Shown here: positions 52,006 through 64,000 of the stretch, in pieces
How the letters are laid out: every line of letters starts with the position of its first letter
How positions within the stretch are numbered: position 1 is the stretch's first letter
NCBI GenBank assembly: GCA_000004695.1
Contig: CM000152.2
Location: 4,704,001 to 4,768,000 of the forward strand
Reading direction: 5' to 3'
Length of the DNA: 64,000 bases
Origin: Dictyostelium discoideum
Lineage: Eukaryota
Program-made: the position numbers and the translations under genes
The notes under the pieces: model-generated
Databases searched by the model: none
The model's input: the letters and a program-made list of their open reading frames with translations, nothing else
What the model was told of the DNA's origin: nothing

Positions 52006-52339
52006 TTTTAATTAATAAATAATATATTATTTAAATTTACTGAATATTAAAACAAAACCAAAAAATTAAAAATAAAAAAAATATAATATAAAAAAAAAAA
52101 AACAATATAAAAAAATATAAAAAAATATAAAAAAAAAAAATAATATAAAAAAAAAAATTAAAGGAAATCTTTTTTATGTATGTGACTAGAATTGAACACA
52201 CGACTAGATTGTTGTGGGTTCGATTCTCGGCTGAAAATATACAAAAATTTATGATATTATAAACTGAGAAAACTTATAATTTCATATTTATATGGTGCAC
52301 CACATAATCCAACACATAAAACCCATTTAATAAACGTCA

Positions 52340-53100
52340 ACAGTTGGTTGTTTGTGAGGATCATTTATGATACATGAATACATTTCTTCACTCCTATCTA
52401 CACTAATATCTTCTACTCTTGATAAATCTATGAATAACAGGTAACATGTCTCTTAGATAAATCTTTATGAAAATAACCTTTTTGTGAGAAAATTTTACAG
52501 ATTCTTTAACTAATTTGAGCATTCCATCATCATTCCAGTCCTCATCTGATAAGATTTTAAAATATGGCATTATCAATGATCTCTTTTTATTTAAAATAGA
52601 AGCATGTGTATTAATACAAGTTAATGATGCTATTGAGCCAAATTGATTTGAATTCCAAATTCTAATGACCTTATCATTCGAAACTATTGCAAGGAAAACA
52701 TACCACTATATTTTATCGGTTAATCAAGGTTTGGCACAGTATAGTTTCTATTTTTATAATTCAAACATTTCCTTGAAAAAATATATTCTAAAAGTTTTTG
52801 ATCACAATATGGCATTATATAAAAGAGTAAATTTTGCATCTATTGTTGCACACTCATCTCTATCAGAAGTGCCATATCGAACAAATGAAACCTCTGGTAC
52901 ACCATTTTCTATTAAAATTTTGTTTTAAAAAAAAAAATTTCTTAATATTCGAATGTTAAGAATATATCAATATTGGCTATTTTTTCATAACATATACTCA
53001 ATAAATACTTACAATTAACCAATCGTTGATTTTCATGATAAAGGTAATTTTAAATTATCTGATTCTAAATTTTTTAATTTTAAATTATCCGATTCTAATT
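52340..53100 (-). pseudogene. Decayed tandem copy of the 50331..52005 gene. It retains the 3' end (52340..52620 matches 50290..50570), part of the intron-proximal region and the 5' coiled-coil exon remnants (52950..53100), with the middle ~800 bp deleted and small indels.
   Basis: Direct alignment of 52330..52620 with 50280..50560 and of 52740..53100 with 51450..51810. Confidence 0.6.
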
Positions 53101-53249
53101 TAAAAAAAAAAAAAAAAAAAAAAATTATTCCACTTGTAATTTCACTCATTTTATATTTTTCCTTAACGTCTATTATTATGACCTCAAATTTGAATAATTA
53201 TTCATCACCCCAAGATAACTGATTTATCTACAAAATTCATATCACCTTC

Positions 53250-53284
<35 letters not shown>

Positions 53285-53539
53285 ATAATAAATTAAAAAT
53301 AACAATAATATTAATAATATTAATAATAATAAACTGGTCAGTCCCCAATTATTTGATTTTATTTTTTATTTTTATTTTTTTTATTTTTATTTTTTTTATT
53401 TTTATTTTTCATTTTTTTTTTTTATTTTTTTTTTTTTTTTATTTTTTTTTTTATTTTTTATTTTTTTTTGAAAAAATAAAAAATAAAAAATAAAAAATAA
53501 AAAATAAAAAATAAAAAATAAAAAAAATATATATCGCAC

Positions 53540-53660
53540 ACCCCTCTCTTTTTCTTATTCTCTCTCTCTTTCTCTCTTTCTCTCTTTCTCTCTCACACAC
53601 ACACACACACACTCTCTCTCTCTCTCTCTCTCTATCTTCTCACACACTCACATATATATT
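53540..53660. repeat. Compound (CT)n/(CA)n/(TCTC) microsatellite island in an otherwise A/T-homopolymer intergenic region
   Basis: Direct. Confidence 0.9.
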
Positions 53661-53941
53661 AACACCCAAAATAATAATAATAAAAAAAATAATAAAATAA
53701 ATTAAAAATTTAATTAAAAATAAAATAAAATTTAAATTAAATAAAAATAAAAATAAACCAGTTTATATAATTAATCAAATAATCATCAAAAAAAAAAAAT
53801 TAAAACAATTTATTATTTAATTTATTAAAATTTTTTTTTTAAAAAAAACCCAATTAAAATAAAAAAAAAGAAACCAATTAAATAATAATAATAATAACAA
53901 AACAAAAAAATAAATAATAATATAATAATATAAACTTTAGG

Positions 53942-56392
<2,451 letters not shown>

Positions 56393-56768
56393 ATAAATCA
56401 AAAAAAAAAAAAACTGAAAACTGAAAACTAAAAACTAACTAAAAAAAAAAAAAAAAAAACATAAAATTAAAAAATAATTTATATTAAAAAAAAAATAATT
56501 ATAAAAAATAATTATTTTATTTAAATTAATAATCTAAAGTAAATAACTAATTTACTATAAAAATAAAAAATATCTAAAAATAATTTTAAATTATTTATTT
56601 GGCCAAACAAAATATCCAAGTTTTTTTTTTTTAATTTCAATTTTTTTTTTATTTTTTTTCTTTTTTTCAATTTTTTATTTTTTTATTTTTTTATTTTTTT
56701 ATTTGTGTGTTTTGTTATTATTACTATTATTATTATTATTATTACCATTACTATTTTTAAAAATTAAA

Positions 56769-57722
56769 ATGTTTAGGGGAATTTATAAAGGTTCATTACC
56801 TCCAATTGATCCAAGTTCAATTCATCATGGTGAGAGTTTAGCAGATCAATTACAAGATAAAGATTATTATTCTGTTGGATGGAATCAATATTTTGACCAA
56901 TCAAGAGATATTAAATTACCAGGTACAGAGAATACATTTAGGATCTATGAAAGTAATGTTGATGTTGTAGATAATGGTTATTTATTTGTATTTTTACATG
57001 GTGGTGGTTATACTTCATTATCTTGGAGTTTAGTAGTTGTATGTAATTTAATAATACCAATTATATTTATATTTATATATAAATATATTAACTATTCTTT
57101 TTTTTTTCTTTTTTTTTTTTTTTTATAGGATAAAATTAAAAAAAAAAATTTAGAAAAAAAAGTTAGAATGATGTGTTATGATTGTAGAGGTCATGGTGAA
57201 ACTAAAACAAGTGATGATTCAAATTTATCTATTGAAACAATGGTTGATGATTGTGCAAATTTAATAAATTATTATCAAGATATTATTTATAAAAATGAAG
57301 GTGGTGGTGGTGGTAATGATGACGATGATCAAAAAGAAAGATTAAAAGTAATTATTGTTGGTCATAGTATGGGTGGTTCAGTTGTAATTAAAACTAGTTC
57401 AACCAATAGAATTAATAATTTATTTGGTTTAATTGTTATTGATGTTGTTGAAGGTACTGCTTTGTTAGCTTTATCAAGTATGAAATCTATTTTAGCAAAG
57501 AGACCAAAATCATTCGATTCTGTTAAAGATGCTATTAAATGGTCCATTTCAAGTAATACTGTAAAGAATATTGAATCTGCAAGAGTTAGTGTACCTTCAC
57601 AAATTAGATTAAATCCTGATGATGGAAAATATCATTGGATTGCTCATTTAGAGAAAACTGATAAATATTGGAATGGTTGGTTATTATTATTATTTTTATA
57701 TTATATTCTATATAGTATACTA

Positions 57723-57788
<66 letters not shown>

Positions 57789-58162
57789 ATTTTATAGTTA
57801 TATTTTATTAATAATTTTTTTTTTTTTTTTTTAACAGATTGGTTTTCAGGATTATCAAAAGAATTTTTGTCAAGCATGGCATTAAAATTATTAATTTTGG
57901 CTGGTACTGATAGATTAGATAGAGAATTAACTATTGCTCAAATGCAAGGAAAATTCCAATTAATTTTATTACCATTGTGTGGACATGTTATTCAAGAAGA
58001 TGTATGTTTTAATTATTTATTTTATTTTTATTTTTATTTTTTCCAAAAAAACTATATTTTATTAATACTAACAAATTAAAACAATAATACTATATAAGGT
58101 ACCAACAGGACCCAAAATCAACATCTGAAGCACTCATAGAATTTATAAAAAGATTAAAATAA
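56769..58162 (+). CDS. ppme1: Protein phosphatase methylesterase 1 (PP2A methylesterase), ~344 aa. Exon 1 is 56769..57038 (donor GTATGT). Exon 2 is 57129..57675; its donor is the non-consensus GTTGGT, so the boundary is uncertain. Exon 3 is 57838..58001 (donor GTATGT). Exon 4 is 58109..58162. Intron 2 contains a (TTA)n tract.
   Basis: Collinear with human PPME1: W-QYF…FRIYESN, LHGGGYTSLSWS, CYDCRGHGETK, IIVGHSMGG, VIDVVEGTA, LEKTDKYWNGW, spliced FSGLS…LLILAGTDRLDRELTIAQMQGKFQ, CGHVIQED|DPKSTSEALIEFI. Confidence 0.78.
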
Positions 58163-58727
58163 GCATGGCCATAATATAGTAATAATAATATGCAATATGA
58201 TAGTATATATATATATTTTTTTTTTTTTTTTGTATTTCACTTGGCTTCTAACCTTTATTTATATTGTAAATTTGTATATATTAAAAAAAAAAAAAAAAAA
58301 AAACTACTAAATTAAAAAAAGTAATAAAAATAAAATAAATAAAATATAATTTCAATTATATGAATTATAATAAATTTGACAAAAAAGTATAGAATATTCT
58401 TTTAAAGCAAAATTTTATTTATTAATTATTATAATTTAAAGAATTCAAAGTAGAAAAAAAAAAATTAAGAAAATGGAAAACTGACATCATCGATAATAAA
58501 ATTATTATTAATAATTTTCATGTATAAAAAAAATAAAAAATAAAAAAATAAAAATCACAACTTAATAATATGATAATAAAAATTTTATTTGTAATATTAG
58601 TGGTTAATTTTATTTTAAATTTTTATTTTTTTATTTTAAAAATAATAATAATAATTTGTATAAAAAAAAAATAAAAACCAAAAATGTGGTTGAGGTGTTT
58701 AGTAAATTCCTCAAACAAAACCAAAAC

Positions 58728-58769
<42 letters not shown>

Positions 58770-58920
58770 TATTTTAAAATCCAACATAATTCCTGATTTG
58801 TAAAATTTTGTTATTTTTAGCTTATTAATTAATATGAAGTATTAATTTTTTTGAGATTCCACTAAAGTATTCAGATTATTATAATAATTTAAAAAAAGTT
58901 GTGTTTGGATTTCAATTCAG

Positions 58921-58972
<52 letters not shown>

Positions 58973-59089
58973 ATAATAATAATATATCCCATTTCTATTT
59001 TTAATAAAAAAAAATGATGTTTAATACCATAAATGGTGTTGTTTTTAATGGTGATGTTATTTGATTAGATTAAAAATTTTAAAATATTT

Positions 59090-59121
<32 letters not shown>

Positions 59122-60071
59122 TAGTTACTATCCAATAAATTAAAAGATAAAAAAGTGACTATAAAAATTAAAATTTATAAAAAAAATAAATATAAAATTA
59201 TTTTAAATTTTAAAATTGTTATTAATGTGGAATTTTGTAATTTTTAAGAGACACAATACTAAATACTAAAATAATTTCCATGGTGGTTTCGTAAAATAAA
59301 ATTAAATAAAATCCCCCAACAACTTACAAAATATTATTTTCAACTTGTAATTAAAAAAAGTGTAATATACTGAATATAGTCACACTCCAACATAAGGCTT
59401 ATTTTAGTAAATTAAAAATATTAAAAGATTTACTGTTGTGATGGTGTTAATGATGATGATGTTTTTTTAATAAAACAAATAAAATAAAATAAAATAAAAT
59501 TTATTTTATAAAAATGAAATAAAATAAAATTAAAAAAAATAAAATAAAAATGGATATCATTAATTAATTCAACACACATGCAAAAACACACACACCTAAA
59601 GAATTCTTCTTGTATTTTTATCTTTTTCACTCAAACTCACACTTTTTATCAAACTCTAAAATTTAAAAATTCACATACACCAAAAACACACAAACACACC
59701 CCCCAAAGTATATAAAAAAAATTTATTATTGTATACAAAAAAAAAAAAATATTATGTATTTATATTTTCGTCTTTTAATCTTTATAATTTTTATTTTAAA
59801 TTTAAACTCCACAAAAATGAAGAGTTTTATTCTTTTTTCTTTTTTTCACAATTGTTTGAATTGTGATAAAAATTATTTTTTTTTTTTTTTTTTTTTATAT
59901 TCTAAAAATGAACCATTATTAAAAAAACTTTATTCATTCTCTCACTTATTATATATATATATATATATGTTTATGAATATATATTTATTTTTATCATTTA
60001 TTCATTATAATAATATCTGTTAAAATAATTATTAAAAAAAAAGTCCATTTCATTGAATTCACCACATTTTT

Positions 60072-60107
<36 letters not shown>

Positions 60108-61777
60108 CTATTTAAATATCTTTTTCCATCCAAAATTATTTTTTGATATTTTAAATGCACCCGAGTGTGCATTATAGTTTGATTTTTATGGTGTGTGGTG
60201 GTGTGTGTGTGTGAGTGTATATAAGTGGAATATTTGAGTTTTTAAAACAATCTTTGAGCTGGTGTTGGATTATTGTTATTAAAACAAAAAATATAATTTT
60301 TTTTTACCAAAAAAGGCAATAATATGAATACGGTATTGTGTCTTTACATATTAAATTTACTTTTGTTTATCCTTACTTGTATGTTAAAGGTGTGTTTATG
60401 TGTGAATATATGTGTTAATTTATTCATCATTTAAATTAAAAAAAAAAAAAAATTTTAAAAAATTGGATACACCCTTTAGTAAATATATGAGCTATTTTTG
60501 GGTTAAAAAAATAAAATAACTACTATATGAAAAAAAAAAAACACAAAGAGACATTTTTGTAGTGAATATCTTAAAATCCCGACATTGGAAATTATAATTA
60601 TTATTTTCGATTTATTTTTTCAATTATTCTTTTCCCATTCAATCCAACTCCTTTTTTTTTTTTGGGACTCAGTAAAATTTTATTTCCCACAATGTACTAC
60701 CTCTTATAATGTGCTTATATTTATGTTGTTTGTGCAAATGGTTGTGGGGTTTATGAAAAAATATGAGTGTGGGTGCGAATAAATTATTATATTTTTAAAT
60801 TAAGTTTAGGTGTGTGGTGGGTGACATTTTAATTTTGTTTTTTTTTTTTTTTTTTTTTTTTTTTATTAGTTTAAAAGTGGGAGTGCATGTACATATATAT
60901 ATAAGTGTGTTCTTTTTTAAACACGCGCACACACACACATTAACACACAAACACTTAAAACAACTAAAATATAATTATAAATATAATTATAAAATTATAT
61001 AAATAATATTGATATATATATGAATAATAAAATTTAATTTATTTATTTAAATAATTTTAAATTGTTTTATTAAAATCTAACTATTTATTTCATCATCAGA
61101 AAAAAAAAAAAAAAAAAATCAATCTATATTTTAATTGTGTCAATTTATTTTAACCATCATTTATCTATTTCAAGCAAATATACATTTTTCTATTTTTATT
61201 TTGTTTTTGTTTTTGTTTTGTTTTTTTTATAAAAATAAAACAAATAATTTTAATAGTAATTGGATTTTTTAAAATATCATTTTATTATTTTTTACTTACT
61301 AAAATAAATAAAATATAATATAATATAAAAAAAACATCATCAAATAATTTTAAAATTCCAAATAGTATTAACAACCCTCCCAATAATTTTTATATTTTAA
61401 TTTTTTTTTTTTTTTAACTATATAATTATTTTTAAAATAAAAAATCAAAAAAAAAAAAAAAATCATTTTTTTAAAACACATAAATAGAAAGATTTAATTT
61501 TTATAGTTTCAACACCACTACCCCATTACCACCAAATAATTTCTTTTTGTTTTTTTTTTTTTTTTTTTTTTTAGATCAATCATTGTTTATTTCAACCTTC
61601 TTATCAGTTGGTAGTATTAATAATTATCTATAAAATATATATTGTTATTATTTAATTTTTTTGATTAATTTTTTTTTTTTTTTTTTTTTTTTTCTTTTTT
61701 ATTTAAATTTAACCTTTTTTGGTATTATTGTTTTTGTTCACTTATTATTATTTTTTTAATATATCACTACAAATTTT

Positions 61778-61808
<31 letters not shown>

Positions 61809-62010
61809 TTTATTTAAAAAACAAAACCAATTTATTAAAAATATTTATTATTTCGTTTAGAGAAAAAAAAAAAAAAAAAAAATAAAATATTACTTGTGTT
61901 TAATTTTTTTTTTTTTTTTTTTAAATTAGGATTAAAAAAAAAAAAAAATAAAAAAATAAAATTATTTATTCCAATAAAAAAAAAATAAAAATAAAAATTA
62001 AATTAATAAA

Positions 62011-62440
62011 ATGACAATGATTAATCCATTATCATATCCAGTACCATCTCAATACTCATATACATATAATAATAATAATAATAATTCAAATAATAGTTCA
62101 AATAATAATTCAAATAATAATTCAAATAACAATAATAATAATAATAATAATTGTGGAGTACCAAATGTTTCATATGGATCAAATTTAAATCAACAAAGTA
62201 TGGCACAAGATTTAAGAGTTCCCGAACAATACAGTATAAGTTCACCATCACCAAAAAAGAGACCATTCAACTCAACCATGACAACATCACCACCAACACC
62301 AACCCTTCTTTCAAATTCACCATATATTCATGGTTCTCATATAGTACCACAATATTCACCACAACTTCAAAATGTATATAACACACCACACCAATCCAGT
62401 CATTCAATTCATCAACCACCACAACAAACTCCAAATATAT

Positions 62441-62474
<34 letters not shown>

Positions 62475-63857
62475 AAAATCAAATAATCAAAATTTTGGAA
62501 ATACATTATTTAATTCAATAACAAATAATTCATCAAACTCATCAAACTCATTAATACAACAAAATAATTTAACAAATAATGGATCATCTTCATCATCTTC
62601 TTCTTCTTCATCTACAAATTTTAATCAAAATAATAATTTTATAAACAGTAGTAACGATTCGATTTATAATTCAAATATATGTTCATTCTATGGTAATACA
62701 AGTAGTAGTAGTAGTAGTAGTTTAAATGGTATTGAATCACCGCCATCAGTTGAATTAATGGACGATGATATTGAAGATCAATTAAGAGAATATATTTCAC
62801 CAGTAATTTGGGGAATGATGGATAACTATGCAAGAGAACAATTTTATAATGCAATAGTTGAATTTATAAATGAAGAAATTTCATTTAGAAGTTTATTATT
62901 GGAATTAAGAGTTATTGCAGTGATGGATGTTAATTATAAATCGATTTTTCAATTTTTAGTAGATTTGTTTCTTTCAATAGAACCAAATCAAAAAATGGTA
63001 AATTATCTAAGAGATAATGGTGTCGAAGAAAATGAATTTAATATTGATTTAAAATCATTAGAATTATCTAGTGATAACGATTCAAATCAAAAAAAGGTAA
63101 AAAAAAAAAAAAAATTTAATTATAATAATAATAATAATAATTATTATAATTTTTTTAATATAATTATATTAATAATTTTAATTTTTTAATTTTTTAATAG
63201 AAAAGAGAAAGAATTAGAAAAAGTGTTAGTAGAGGATTAAGAAATCCACCAAATAAATGGGCTAAAGAAGAGAGTCAAAAATTGATTCAATTAGTTCATG
63301 AACATGGCGATAAACAATGGAAAAAGATTGCACATCAAATTGGTGGAGGTAAAACTGGTGCACAATGTGCTCAACATTGGAAACGTGTTTTATGTCCAGC
63401 CATTAGAAAAGGTTCTTGGGATGAAGATGAAGAATCAAAATTATTTAATTTAGTTGAAAAACATGGTCAAAGTTGGAAAAATGTTGCAAGTGAAATTAGA
63501 ACACGTACTGATATTCAATGTCGTTATCAATACTTTAAATCTTGTATGTCCAGAGAAGTTCAATGGTCATCAAGAGAGGATGAAATCTTACAAAAAAAAG
63601 TATCTGAAAATAATCAACAAGATGGAACTATCAATATAAATAATACACGTGATATTAGTTGGATGGATGTTTCAAAAGCAATGGCACGTGGTCGTCAAAC
63701 TAAAATTCCGCGTACTGCTTTGGAATGTAAAACTCGTTACTTCCAATTAAACTTTGGTGGTGCTCCAATTCAAATTGTTGTACCCCATAATGATGATCAT
63801 TTAAATAATCCTCATTCACCCTTAAATTCTTTATTACAAGATCAAAATTGTTATTAA
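62011..63857 (+). CDS. Myb-repeat (R1R2R3-like) DNA-binding protein, ~580 aa. Exon 1 is 62011..63096 (S/N/T-rich), intron 63097..63200 (GTAAAA…ttaatAG, phase 0). Exon 2 is 63201..63857 and holds three Myb/SANT-like repeats.
   Basis: NKWAKEESQKLIQLVHEHGDKQWKKIAHQIGGGKTGAQCAQHWKRVL; WDEDEESKLFNLVEKHGQSWKNVASEIRTRTDIQCRYQYF; WSSREDEILQKKV…ALECKTRYFQL. The track ORF 63282 starts at TTG; the frame is open back to the acceptor. Confidence 0.8.
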
Positions 63858-64000
63858 AAAAAAAAAATAAAATAAAAAAAACAAGGGAAAAAAAAAAAAA
63901 AAAAAAACCAGGAAAAAAAACCAGGAAAAAAAAACTAGGAAAAAAAAAAAAAATGGAAAAAAAAAAAAAAAAAAAAAAAAATTAACATATTAATAAAAAA

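Noticed and set aside
52190-52245. Considered calling a tRNA gene around the GGTTCGATTC motif
   Set aside because: The T-stem does not base-pair (GTGGG / CTCGG), and no D-arm or acceptor stem can be built; kept only as a low-interest relic or extra-B-box note
59430-61002. Short ORFs 59430..59630 (-), 59754..60023 (+), 60585..60782 (+), 60814..61002 (+) in the gene-poor interval
   Set aside because: F/I/L/K-rich, no splice logic, no motif content; not callable as genes from sequence alone

Overview
This 64 kb window is very AT-rich eukaryotic nuclear DNA with the hallmarks of Dictyostelium discoideum or a close dictyostelid. These hallmarks are AAAATG start contexts, short AT-rich introns with GTAAGT/GTATGT donors and (T)nAG acceptors, (AAT)n coding tracts giving poly-Asn/Gln, and long homopolymer intergenic runs. 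There are no prokaryotic signals such as operons or CRISPR arrays. I can support about 20 protein-coding genes, most of them spliced; the ORF track fragments these or reads through in-frame introns. The recognisable genes are a GH128-like secreted glycosidase, GMP synthase, tRNA pseudouridine synthase Pus1, SART1/Snu66, UPF2, a NADAR-domain protein, ArfGAP1, a GBP-family large GTPase, DNA polymerase delta subunit 2, a STE20-group kinase, PP2A methylesterase PPME1 and a Myb-repeat protein. Other content is a tandem gene pair with diverged introns, and an 18 kb tandem cluster of a lineage-specific paralog family with 4 intact and 3 decayed copies. One decayed copy is precisely split by a 2.9 kb insert carrying a circularly permuted pirin gene plus an intact secreted-protein gene. 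There is also a 66 bp GC-rich hairpin insertion, a DEP-domain/10-TM fusion gene, a PD-(D/E)XK-like/kinase-like fusion gene with a decayed tandem copy, a ~120 bp palindrome and a ~60 bp minisatellite. All calls come from reading the sequence and from remembered family motifs; no searches were run.
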